Assembly: GCA_951406725.2 (NCBI GenBank)
Contig: OX597814.1
Coordinates: 170,934,001 to 170,998,000, forward strand
Source of the DNA: Octopus vulgaris
Taxonomy: Eukaryota
Direction of reading: 5' to 3'
Length of the DNA stretch: 64,000 bases
How positions within the stretch are numbered: position 1 is the first letter of the stretch; each line of letters starts with the position of its first letter. Shown in pieces: positions 39,720-51,534 of this stretch. The position numbers were made by a program, and so were the translations under genes. The notes under the pieces were generated by a model. It saw only the letters and a list, made by a program, of their open reading frames with translations. It did not search any database and was not told the DNA's origin.

Positions 39720-40330
39720 TAAGAAAATATCATGGGGAAACAGGTAAATGAGAAAGGGGAAAAAGGGAGGGGAAAAAAATGAGTGGATTAGAGAATGATA
39801 GAGTACAAAAATAACTAGGACAGAAATCATGAGTGGTTGGCTCAACAAGAGTACAGGACAGAGGGATGAGAGAATGGGAGATCAGGGAAAGCTTAAAAAC
39901 AAGAAAGGGCAAACAATAAGGGGATGGGAAAAGAAAAAGGTTAAGAGAATGGAAGAAAAGAAAACAGTAAAATGAGAGAGGGACAGAAAAAGACAACAGA
40001 ATAACAAAGACTAAAAAGAAGATGGGGAAAGAATGAGAAGGCAATCGAATGAGCAAAAGGAAAGAATGAGAAGACAAGCAGAACAAGAAAATGAAAAAAA
40101 GATTGGGAAATGAGAGCAAGTGGATAGGACAAGAAAAAAACAGGAAGACAAGCAAAGGGAAAGAGTAGGACAACGAAAGAATGATGGAGCTAGAAAAATG
40201 GGTGAGGGGAAAAAAAACAAAAAAACAATATGCTGCAACCCCACAAAAAAAAATCCTGATTGAAGTAAATGAAGATAGAAGAAAGAAAAGTATAAAAGGG
40301 ATAAAAGCGGTCATGAAAGAAAGAAAACAA
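39720..40330. repeat. Purine-rich (A/G) low-complexity tract
   Basis: Strong strand asymmetry with no clear period. Confidence 0.75.
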
Positions 40331-41809
40331 CAAAAGACTTAAAAGACGAATATATTAAAAAAAAATATTGCTTGCAATCACAAACATTATGGAAACATCC
40401 AATTATTACTTCTTAACAAATAAGTGAAAATTATTCATTTGAAAAGACCCAAAGTATCCTTCACACCACCAGAAGATATTTAAAAAGAAAACTAGCAGAA
40501 ATGCAATCTGTGGAGAAAATAAAAACCATCATCATAACAATAGTAATGGTTGTAGTTTTTATTATAGAGATTAGGCTTTCAAAGATATAAAGCAAAAAGG
40601 CCATAAAATATATGAAAAACAACAGCAAGATTAACAAGATAGACACCAAAACTGAATCAATGGTGATCATAAAAAGTCAGTAAACTAGGGAGTTATGGAG
40701 ACAAGTGGACTGGATAGGGTGGAGGGGCAAAGAGAAAAATAAATAAATAAATAAATAAAAAGCTGTATGGGTGTGGCTGAAGACCTAAGAAGTGTTGGTG
40801 GGGGTCCTAGAGAAAAAGTTGGAACACACATTGAAAGGAAATAAAGTGTGGAGAGACAGAGAAAAAGATAGGGAGCATAGAGGTGAGGGCTGTTATTAGA
40901 AGAAATTCTCATATAGTGTTATTACTCTAGAAATCAATGAGTCTTTTTCTGAAGAGAAAGCCAATACTGGAACAGGGCCAAAAGAACCAAGATGAGACAG
41001 TGCTTGGAAGAAAACTGTTCAGTTTGTTTCAAATATTTCCTCCCTTTTTATTGAATGTGGTTTACTTCTGCAAACTAATTATGATGGTATCTAGTACTGA
41101 TATTCTCTAAATGTACGAAATATTGTCAGTATGTTTGGCTCTGCATGCATGCTCCTCTCCATTCCTACCCTGTAAGCAGTTTGCAAGCTTAACAAGACAG
41201 AAAATGTGTGTAAGCATAATCCTATGTAGACCACATAGATGTATTAATGTATGCTTGTATAAATATATATGTATGTTTATGTGTGTGTAAATATAGTTTA
41301 TGTGTACTAAAGAAAGCACTGCCAGGAAGGGGTAATTTCGGAGTTCGTGACACACACATACATGCACACACATTATCTCATTTTTCGTCTTTATATACCA
41401 TTATATTTTTGAAGATAGATTAAAGCTTATAAAATAGTGTAACTTGAAAAGAAATATATATATATATATATATAAAAAGTTAGTAACATAAGTTATAACT
41501 CCTTGCTAGATCACATGTGATACACAGGACACATTTCCCTGGCATTCATTCATGCCTCATATTTGATGTACATTACCACTCTTTTATCAACTAGCAGAGC
41601 AGTTGCAACTTATGAAAGGAAAGCTGCACATTATTATTATTATTCAGAATGTATGAAATGAGCCAACTAAAAGTTTGAAAACAAGCATGGATGGCGAGGA
41701 CAAACTTATGAAAATGCAAAAAAGAAACCCTAAACTAAGTGGCTCTCAAGTGAATTTTTTAACTATAACACTGTGTGTGTGCATGTATATATTCTGATTG
41801 AATAGCACT

Positions 41810-42037
41810 TTAACCCTTTCATTACCAACCCGGCTGAAACCGTCTCTGGCTCTAAGTACAAATATCTTGTTTTCATATGTTTTGAATTAAAATCTTCCAC
41901 CAAACCTTAGTCACAATTTATGTTCCTAATACTAGCTGTATGATAACTAAGTTATTTTACTAAATTCTTTGTTATATTTAAATTGATTGAAAGAAACACA
42001 GAGCATCTCAAAATAAATACAGTAACGAAAGGGTTAA
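41810..42037 (-). mobile_element. MITE-A, intact
   Basis: TTAA|CCCTTTCATTAC...GTAACGAAAGGG|TTAA. Confidence 0.9.
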
Positions 42038-42059
42038 GTAAGTGTCTCCTAAATGTTCT

Positions 42060-42282
42060 TTAACCCTTTCGTTACCATATTTATTTTGAGATGCTCTGTG
42101 TTTCTTTCAATTAATTTAAATATAACAAAGAATTTAGTAAAATAACTTATTCAGCTGGTGTTAGGAACATAAATTGTGACTAAGGTTTGGTGAAAGATTT
42201 TAATTCAAAACTTATGAAAACAAGACATTTGTACTCAGAGCCAGACATTTGTACTCAGCTGGGTTGGTATCAAAAGGGTTAA
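42060..42282 (+). mobile_element. MITE-A, intact, opposite orientation
   Basis: TTAA|CCCTTTCGTTAC...GTATCAAAAGGG|TTAA; internal AGACATTTGTACTCAG duplication. Confidence 0.9.
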
Positions 42283-42667
42283 TCAACCACACCCCTCTCT
42301 GTGTGTTTTACATCTGTGATCATTTATCCAAGTGTTGCATCCTTGTCAATAAATTGCCTACTTGCCCCATACCTCTGAAGCTGTGCTAGATAAGAGATTC
42401 CTTAATTGAAACAAAGGTAGAGGTTAGCATTCGGCTGAACATCAAGATGTTAAAAAAAATCCTTCAATAACATATTGGTCTAACCCCTGCTACCACGGAA
42501 AAATGAACATGAAAAACAAATGAGCTAAGTTATACTCAATCAAAATAACAACACCACAAACATAACAACAAAAGTAACAATCACACATTGTACATAAAGC
42601 TTTTCTTTCCTAAACTCCTCAACTCACTAAAAAAGAGAGTATATATAAAGGTTTATTTCTCAATAAG

Positions 42668-42900
42668 CACCATCCGACCGTGGCCATTTGCCAGTCCCAT
42701 CTGGCACCTGTGCCGGTGGCACGTAAAAAGCACCCACTACACTCACGGAGTGGTTGGCGTTAGGAAGGGCATCCAGCCGTAGAAACATTGCCAGATCAGA
42801 CTGGGCCTGGTGCAGCCTTCTGGCTTCCCAGACCCCAGTTGAACCATCCAACCCATGCTAGCATGGAAAGCGGATGCTAAATGATGATGATGATGATGAT
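42668..42900 (+). mobile_element. Family B
   Basis: GGCACGTAAAAAGCACCCACTACACTCACGGAGTGGTTGGCGTTAGGAAGGGCATCC...(GAT)n. Confidence 0.9.
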
Positions 42901-43920
42901 AGCTTATTCATTATAAACACTGACACTAAATTTAAGAAAAGAGTACCTCCAGCTACATAAATATATGTGTTTGAGAGAGGGAGGTGGAGTCAACAAGGGA
43001 ACTTCTACATGGTTGCTTAACTTGCAAGAAATGATTCAGTTCTCTCTCAAATTACACTTACTGGAGATATAGTTCTAAATAGCCCCTAAAAGGATGGATG
43101 GTCACAAATGAAATACCTTTGGTGATGGCCAACTGAATCACAGCTAACCTTGGGCTAAACAACACATCTGCATGTAGGTGTGTGTACATGCACACAAACT
43201 GCATATTACATAAAAAGCATATGCATGCATGTATATATACACACACATACACACACTGACATAGGCAGTGGCCTTTCCAAAGTCATTATAGTTTCAACTT
43301 GACAGAAGCGATTAATTTGCTTCAGAGAGAGATATTGGTTAATGCCGCCAAAGAGCTACGAATGTAAAGAAGAAGTATCAATGTCGAAAATTACTTTCCA
43401 TAAAAGCTGCCATAAGCAATTTCAATGAAGCAGCAGCAGACCTTCCAATTTATGGATTCATTTGCTTGTTTATTTCAGAGAAATTTTTTTTTTTATGATT
43501 GTTGTTAAAAAGAAGAATAAAACAAAAAATAATTACAACAACAATATTAATACTAATAATAACGATGCCTAACCAGAATATTAAAACAAATTTTAAAAGG
43601 GGAGAAAATAGATAAAAACAACTCATTTCGTACAAGTTTTAAGAAAAACTTAATTGGAAAGTTAATGAATGAATGAAAAAAACATGAGTATATGAAAAAG
43701 GAAATAAATTGCTGTAATACTGTTTAAAAATGTGGATGCCTCTCATTAATTCTTCATAACCCAATATTTTAGAAATACATGCACACACAAAGATACAAGT
43801 GCAAAAAAAAGCAATGAGCAGTACTTGCTAAGAGTTGCATTTAATTTTATGTTAAATAAACACACACATACATATATACACATACAAATACATACAAATA
43901 TATATATATATATATATATA

Positions 43921-44068
43921 GGGGGAGAGTTCACGAAAAAAACAAAAGATGACGACAGGTGGTGTAGAAAACAAACAGATGTATTAGTATAATGCTCAGG
44001 AATTGAAAAAGTCTTTTATGTTTCGAGCCTACGCTCTTCTACAGAAAGGGACACAGGAAAAACAAAAT
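43921..44068 (-). mobile_element. (TA)n-embedded repeat family P3 (putative Penelope-like terminus) with minimal hammerhead-like motif
   Basis: Flanked by (TA)n on both sides; minus strand CTTT CTGTAGA A GAGC GTAG GCTC GAAA CATA AAAG. Confidence 0.55.
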
Positions 44069-44559
44069 ATATATATATAACATAGATTGTATAAATTTGA
44101 TTTATTTTTTCTTTCATAAACAGAAGAATAAGTACTCAACACGCAAGTGCAACTGGAATATGCTGCATTTTTGCTACTCAGTGCTTCACATAGTAGTGTG
44201 TTTTGTGAAGCAACAAAATTCATTATATACCTTTATCATAACGTATTCAAGTTTGAAAGCAGGTGTGGATAAGGAAATAGATGTATGCATTCACATCCTG
44301 TATTTTGTTTTATCACTTAGTCAAGAAAGAAGGACAGTGCCGGTCAATCTTTAGAGGGCCTCCAAAACCAAGGAAGACAGGGAAAGAGGAAAGAAATATT
44401 AAATCAGCGACCTGGTCCAAAGTTTACAATGAAGGATACTCTGCTAAAATCCAACAGGTGCTGGTGTATAACTATATATGTTCACCAATGTGCAAGCACA
44501 CATGTGAGTAGGGAGGAACATGTACATACACAAAACAAGGTTGACTTGGGACTAAATAA

Positions 44560-44980
44560 CAAGGAAGTATTAGCTACTTGAGTGAGTGCAGTAAGCTAGC
44601 ACAAAGAGACAAGTATAAACACAGGCATAACTGTGTCAGTAAAAGAGTGCATTGGGGTGTTAGCTCAGTGTATGGATTCAAGGTGACAGAAAAATGGTAT
44701 GGACATGAGCTATTGGCTGTGATGGTGAATAATAATAACAGGATTTTGTAGGATTTTCCATAAAGATTGATCATTCTTCTGAAGCAAGAAGACTAGATAT
44801 GATTGAAGAGAATATAAAAAAAATAAACAATGACAGAGAGAATTTGCAATGCCATATGATAACAGAATGGATATGAATAAAATTGAGGAATATCAGGATC
44901 TAGCCACAGACATAGTGAGACTGTGCAAGACAAAGGTAAGAATTATTCCTGTGATAACTGATGTGCTTGGCATGGTTCTA
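44560..44980 (+). pseudogene. Second decayed R4/Dong-like fragment (C-terminal knuckle region plus REL endonuclease)
   Basis: ECSKLAQRDKYKHRHNCVSKRVHW, KWYGHE, RIL-DF, ARRLDMI, PYDNR..EYQDLATDIVRLCKTKVRIIPVITDVLGMV. Confidence 0.75.
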
Positions 44981-45392
44981 GGAAAGTTTGCTTCAGGACT
45001 TTTGGCTGTACGAAATTTTGGCGCCAGACAATTTTACCAGAAGACAAAAGATGAATTGCTCCCCAATTGTTTCAATTATTTCAACCAATAAGAATAGATA
45101 AAGCAATTTCTTAACTCATTTAAAATTTCTTTATTCCTTTGAAAAAAATTTTTTGTGTAGCAAAAATGTTTGCAGCAAACTTTCCAGATATGATATATAT
45201 ATATTGTAAATGGAAAGTTTAATGAATAAAGAAATTTTTAATGAGTTAAGAAATTATTATACTCCTTCTTATTGGTTGAAACAATTATATATCAAGGAGA
45301 GCAATTTATCTTTTGTCTTGGGGCAAACTTTCCTATGGCCCAAAATCTCAAGGCAAATTTTCTTGCAGCAACAATGTTTGCAGCAAACTTTC
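44981..45392. mobile_element. Long-TIR fold-back element abutting the R4-like fossil
   Basis: GAAAGTTTGCT/AGCAAACTTTC, AGACAAAAGATGAATTGCTC/GAGCAATTTATCTTTTGTCT, TTTCTTAACTCATT/AATGAGTTAAGAAA. Confidence 0.65.
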
Positions 45393-45878
45393 AGGGTACG
45401 ACATGGCACAACACCCAAACTGCTACATATGAGGTTTAAAGGATACTGAAGGTGAAACATTGTCAAGTGGGATTAAAATACTATCTTGTACTCAGCAGGA
45501 ATTTTAAGGAAGATTCTCGAGATAAGAGATCTGTTGTCACTAAACCAAAAGACTACATCCCACTGAACTAAAGTAGCATGTAATAGCTTTAGATAATAAA
45601 AATCCTTTCTACTATAAAGCACAAGGCCTGAAATTTTGCAGGAGGGTCTAGTCAATTACATTGCAACCCCAGTGCTTGAGAGGCAAAGTCAATCTCAGCA
45701 GCATGTGAACTCAGGAAATAAAGATGCCTTATGATTTCTACTACAAGCATAAGGCATGAAGTTTCAGGAGAGGGAGGCTAGTCAGTTATATCAACTGCAG
45801 TACTCAACTGGCACTTATCTGCCAGCTCACCACCTTAGCAACAACAATGATGATGATGGTAATTGTAACCATACTTAT

Positions 45879-46067
45879 ACTCTCTCTTTTTACTTGTTTC
45901 AGTCATTTGACTGTGGCCATGCTGGAGCACCGCCTTTAGTTGAGCAAATCGACCCCAGACTTATTTTTTGTAAGCCTTAGTACTTATTCTATCGGTCTCT
46001 TTTGCCGAACTGCTAAGTTACAAGGACATAAACACACCAGTATTGGTTGTCAAGCAATGTTGGGGGG

Positions 46068-46104
<37 letters not shown>

Positions 46105-46264
46105 ACACATACATATACACGACGGGCTTCTTTCAGTTTCCATCTACCAAATCAGTCCGAGGCTATAGAAGAAGACACTTGCCCAAGGTTCCCAGCAGTG
46201 GAGCTGAACCCAGAACCATGTGGTTGGTAAGCAAGCTACTTACCACACAGCCACCCCTGCGCCT
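45879..46264 (-). mobile_element. SINE family A, near full length
   Basis: Tail CTTTTTACTTGTTTCAGTC through head CTTACCACACAGCCACCCCTGCGCC. Confidence 0.9.
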
Positions 46265-46501
46265 ATATGGAACAATATAATAGTGAGCATGTGTGTGAGT
46301 CTGGAAAGAAGGTGCAATCATTTAACTGAGAAAACATATCAACAAAAATTTAAATTAATAAGTAGCCTTCAGATCATATTTGTCATCTGTGAAGCAGACG
46401 TTTTGGCTGTACATTGCATGGCAACTCTTTTATCTATGTATGGATGATATCATGTTAATAGTGTTTAACTCCAGGCCAGCTTTGACAGGTTAGACTTGTA
46501 A

Positions 46502-46986
46502 TTAACCCTTTAGCATTTAAAGCAGCCACATTGAGCCAAAATATTTTGCCTTCTTTATGTTCAAATTGGTTAAATATGGCTCTATACACCTACTCGACAA
46601 TGTTATTCTAAAACTAAACTAACTACATCATCAAGATCTCTAAGCTACAAGATAATTCATGATACATTCAAAACAATGTGAATAAATAAACATTACATTT
46701 AACAGAGTGGAAGCACGTGATTTAGTGGTTAGAGTGTCAGCATCATGATCGTAAGATTGTGGTTTCGATTCCTGGACCGGGCGACACATCATTTCACTCA
46801 TGTTGCTCCAGTCCACTCAGCTGGCAAAAATGAGTAACGCTGCGATGAGCTGGTGTCCTGTCCGGCAGGGGAACATATATGCCATAGAAACTGGGAAACC
46901 GGGCCCATGAGCCTAGCTATGCTTTAAAAGGAAGCATTTATTTATTTTATTTTACATTTAACAGAATAATCTGTTAAAAGGGTTAA
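46502..46986 (+). mobile_element. MITE-B interrupted by a SINE
   Basis: TTAA|CCCTTTAGC...AAAAGGG|TTAA. Confidence 0.85.
46707..46951 (+). mobile_element. tRNA-derived SINE family E with 14-bp TSD
   Basis: TAGTGGTTAGAG A-box, GGTTTCGATTCC B-box, (TTTA)n tail; TTACATTTAACAGA at 46693-46706 and 46952-46965. Confidence 0.9.
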
Positions 46987-48386
46987 AGGCATTCCAGTTA
47001 TGACCATCTCTTCTTTCTCTCATGTGTACGAAACTGAGGACCGTTTTAACCAACATTTCTTTTTTGTAAGATGATGGGGTGTGAAGAGTTTGCGGTTGCT
47101 ATGCATGGTGCATGTGGAAAAAAGAGATATAGACAGTGATGAAAAGAGATGCACAAAGAGAAAGAGGGGAGAAAATATAGAAGTAGAGGAAGAGAGAGAG
47201 AGAGGTCATAGAATGATTGCTATGGAAAGAGTAAAACAGAGGTGAATTTAATAAAAGACAGAGAGAAAGCTAGATACTGAGAGAAATTGAGTGTAAAATA
47301 AAAACTCTGGAATTAATAAGACAAAGATTTTATTCTCTTCATCAATCCTGAGTTCAAACCCAGCTTGAGAATGAACAACTTTATAATATTCTCCATGTGC
47401 CGTCATCATCAAATGTCTCTCTCTCTCTCTCTCTCTAAAAGTTACTGGTATCACTTCAGTGTTTTGCAGCTGTAGAATTCTGTGCTGCTAAGCCACTACC
47501 TCAATTACATTAGTAATCCTCCTTTTCTTCCTTTGGATCACAATGAAGACGCACTACAGAAGTAGATTTGAGATATTAAGAAGTTCTGTGTGGTGGATAT
47601 ATTAAACACTATTGTTTCCACAGACAACTTACGATGATTGGCTGAGAGGAATGACAAGAAGTGACAAGAGGGAGAGTATAGGAGTAATAATGCATGAGGT
47701 TATGTGTGTATGTGTGTGTGAGAAAGAGAGAGAGAGAGAGGGAGAGAGAGAACCTCTCTATTTGCAAGATGTAGGCTTGCTTGCAAAGCAGCGATGTGGG
47801 ATTCTTGCCAATTCTAAAGGGATTAGCATTCTCATTAATAAGAGCACAAGACAGCACAGAAATGTGACTAATAATTAGAGGAGGACAACAACAAAATCAA
47901 CAACAATAACAAGCAAAGCTGCAGGCTCAAGTGGGCTTCACTACAGCAAAAATAAGAAATGTTTCTCAGTAAAGACCGCACTCACAGACTTACATCTCTC
48001 TAGTAGCTTTGTCTCAGTAATAAGAACAGCTGTGTCAAAGCCGACTCTTCATAAACCTTCACTCAACCCCCATATTAATAAGATTTAGAAAAGGCTACAC
48101 AGAAAGTAGCCAAAGAGAAAGAGATAATGCTGTAATAAATGAATGAATAAATAATAATAGTAATTCTAATTTTGGCACAAAGCCAACAGTTTTAAGGGGA
48201 ACGGGAACATTGAGTACATACATCAACTCCAGCAGAATCTGACCAGTACTTTATTTTATGAACCCCAAAATGATTAGAGGTAAGATTTGCCTCAGTGCAA
48301 CTTGGAGCTTGTAATGGAAAGAATGAAAAGAAATGCCACCAAGTATTTTGTCCATGTCCAGCTCGTTACCTTAATAATAATAAGAA

Positions 48387-48605
48387 GAATCCTTTCTACA
48401 AAAGGCAGAAGGCCTGAAATTTTGGGGTTGGGGCTAGTCAATTATATTGACCCCAGTGTTTGACTGATTACACATTTCATCAACCCCAAGAGGATGAAAA
48501 GCAAAGTCAGCCTCAGCGGAATTTGAACTCAGAATGTAAAGACGAATGAAATGTCACTACGAATTTTGCCCAGCATGCTTACAATTCTGCCAGCTCACTG
48601 CCTTT
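48387..48605 (-). mobile_element. SINE family C (alternative 3' end)
   Basis: GGATGAAAAGCAAAGTCAGCCTCAGCGGAATTTGAACTCAGAA..TTCTGCCAGCTC. Confidence 0.8.
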
Positions 48606-48629
48606 TTAATAATAATAATAATAATAATA

Positions 48630-48843
48630 ATTTCGCTTTTGGATTTGGTTTGCAAGATTCTTTATATGAGTTCGTGTGTTGAAGCATATTCTGTTGTGTC
48701 TGGGGAGAGTCATTCTCTTTTTGTGCCTTATTATTTAACACACTCACCGGTAAAATTAAAAATAAGAAATAAGTGGAAATTTTACCGGTGAGTGTGTTAA
48801 ATAATAAGGCATTAAAAGAGAATGACTCTCTCCAGACACAACA

Positions 48844-48848
<5 letters not shown>
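48630..48848. mobile_element. Fold-back family P1 copy between (AAT)n tracts
   Basis: Arms 48687-48757 and 48778-48848 are reverse complements; same family as 28656-28887. Confidence 0.85.
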
Positions 48849-48891
<43 letters not shown>

Positions 48892-49452
48892 AAAAACAGT
48901 ACTGGGTCAGTTTCAAGGCAAGGTCCCTGAATGGCTGCAGTCCAGTGACTAAAACAAGTATAAGATAAACAATAAATTAATGCAACAATAAACTGATTAA
49001 TCCAATGCTGAGGTTTCACTCCATTGCTATGCTGGAGTTTCTCATTTCCATTCTTTGTTTTCCACCACACACTCGCACACACATAGACATAAGTGGGGGC
49101 GGAGAGAGAGAGAAGGCAGACAGACAGCAAAAATAGCAATTTAGATTAAACAAACTGTGACATATACTGCTCCATTTCTTTTCATCACCACCAAGTAAGT
49201 AGAATCAAAAGACAACGAGAAGCATAAGTTAATAATAACAATAATATTCTGCACTAAAACGATGATGGAACAAAAGTTTAATAAATTATCAAAAAGGCAT
49301 TAAAATAATATCATTAGACAAGCTAAAGTAACCTTTTATCATCAAACTATAAAAAGTATCAAGTCTTCTCTGTACAGAACCAGATTGCGTACGTACAGTA
49401 GAACCTTGTGTTGACCTTTCACAGTAAATAGAAGATTCCAAAATTATCTGAA

Positions 49453-49483
<31 letters not shown>

Positions 49484-49785
49484 TTGTGTGTTGATGCAAT
49501 TGTATGCATATGTATACGATTCACGAATACAGAAGTATGGACATGAGGACGTGCATTTCTATATGTAAGTTCAACTATCTGTGTAGAATGTACATGCATA
49601 TGCATTTTATATTTATGAATGTGTATGCTTGTGGATATTTGTGTGTGAACATATATATATATAGATGTACACGTTTATGTAAATCTGTGTGTGTATATGT
49701 TATGAACATCCAATATATACTAAGCATGAAACATGAATGTTAAATAGTGATGAATTGTATATATTACATATATATGTATGAATAG

Positions 49786-49791
<6 letters not shown>

Positions 49792-49837
<46 letters not shown>

Positions 49838-49940
49838 CATATATATACATATATATACATATGCATACATATATATATACATATATACATACATACACAT
49901 ATACATACATATATATATATACATATACACATACATATAC

Positions 49941-49973
<33 letters not shown>

Positions 49974-50005
49974 CATATACATACATATATATATGTATAT
50001 GCATA
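49792..50005. repeat. TA/CA compound microsatellite
   Basis: Direct inspection. Confidence 0.95.
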
Positions 50006-50266
50006 TATCATTTATGTATGCAGCATGTACACTTAGCAAGTATACTAATGTGTTATGTTGTCTACACAGTAAGACTTCACGCATCAGTAAATGAGTACTT
50101 CCATGAATTTCTCCTCTTCCTTTCCCTCTTTTTATTATTTATGCATTTCACATTAAAACGCAGTACAGTTGCTTTTGTTGGAGCCAGTTTTTCTTGCAAA
50201 CGTACATTTCTACTCTGCATGTAACATGCCTATATATAAAGTGTAATAAAAATAAGTATTTCTCCT

Positions 50267-50340
50267 TACATGTGTGATCTGGTCACTGACACTATTTCCA
50301 CTATTTCTGAAACTGTGTCAATGACCGGGTCACAGATGTA
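50267..50340. repeat. 74-bp imperfect hairpin
   Basis: TACATGTGTGATCTGGTCACTGACAC / GTGTCAATGACCGGGTCACAGATGTA. Confidence 0.75.
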
Positions 50341-50388
50341 GCACAAAACAGTTTTTCATACATAAAACTATCAAAATTATTCTGGCTA

Positions 50389-50602
50389 TAGCACGCGGGG
50401 CAAAATGCTCATCAATATTTCGTCTGCCGTTACGTTCTGAGTTCAAATTCTGCCGAGGTCGACTTTACCTTTTAAACTTTCAGGGTCGATTAAATATGTA
50501 CTAGTAAATCACTGGGGTCGATATAATCGACCTAATCTGTTAGTCTGTCCTTGTTTGTCCCCTCTATTTTTATCCCCCTGTGGGCAATAAAGAAATAAAT
50601 AC
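50389..50602 (+). mobile_element. SINE family C, 5'-truncated, 11-bp TSD
   Basis: TATTCTGGCTA at 50378-50388 and 50603-50613; GAGTTCAAATTCTGCCGAGGTCGAC. Confidence 0.9.
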
Positions 50603-50613
50603 TATTCTGGCTA

Positions 50614-50760
50614 CGGAGGCAGGTGTGTCAGGGTTTGCGGGAAAATCTGCCTATGACCTCATGAACCAGCCCTCAATTTCTGGGTTCTTAAGGCAAAGGT
50701 AAAAGAGCTGAGAAGAGTTCCACCTGCAGCTTGTCAAAGAGGAATGGAAGTGAACTTCAA
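50614..50760 (+). pseudogene. Possible HERO/NeSL-like REL retrotransposon C-terminal remnant
   Basis: EAGVSGFAGKSAYDLM resembles the EVGxRGFxGxS motif of REL-type elements. Confidence 0.4.
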
Positions 50761-51014
50761 AAGGCAAAATTTACCCTGTAAGTGAACCAACTTCTTCAAC
50801 TTGAACTACTATAACATCCAAAATACCTTAGATCTGGAGCACCTTAACTATCCAGGAGGGTTACAATGCAGACAATAACACAGAATGTAGTAGCAGGAGT
50901 CATGACCTGGATGCAGTCTGGCTCCCTTAGGGTTAAGTAGTTAAGGACCATAACACTTGCCTGAAGTGGAAGACCTTCAGAGAAGAAGACCTGCTGTTCA
51001 GCTCTTCCTAGAGT

Positions 51015-51300
51015 TTTTTACTACTATTTGAGCAAGGTCGTTGCCAGTGCTGCTGGAGTGGCTCCGCTGCAGGTAGCATGTAAAAAAAAACATCATTTGA
51101 GCGTGGTTGTTGCCAGTACCGCCTGACTAGCCCTCGTAAAGGCACCCACTACACTCTCAGAATGGTTGGCGTAAGGAAGGGCATCCAGCTGTAGAAACTC
51201 TGTCAGATCAGATTGGAGCCTGGTGCAGCCATCTGGTTTGCCAGTCCTCAGTCAAATCATCCAACCCATGCCAGCATGTTAAGCGATGATGATGATGATG
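51015..51300 (+). mobile_element. Family B
   Basis: GGTTGGCGTAAGGAAGGGCATCCAGCTGTAGAAAC...(GAT)n. Confidence 0.85.
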
Positions 51301-51534
51301 AACTGTACATCAAGATATGAGTTCAATACTCATCCTTTTAAGAAAGTCAATGACTATCAAGCAAAATCAAAGATATAATTGAAATATGTAATGTAATGAG
51401 ATATGAAATAAAATAGTACTACAAGAACAAAAAATAAAAAATCGAAGAGAATTCTTGATGAAAGCGTTTCATTTGCAATACTGTTATCTCTGATCAGGTC
51501 ACTAAGGAACCTCAGCACATAAGAAAAAGGGAGC

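Noticed and set aside
39730-40314. 194-aa hydrophobic ORF resembling a membrane protein
   Set aside because: Reverse complement of a low-complexity purine tract
47985-48065. Minus-strand GTAAGT donor with short upstream frame
   Set aside because: No polypyrimidine acceptor; in-frame stop close upstream
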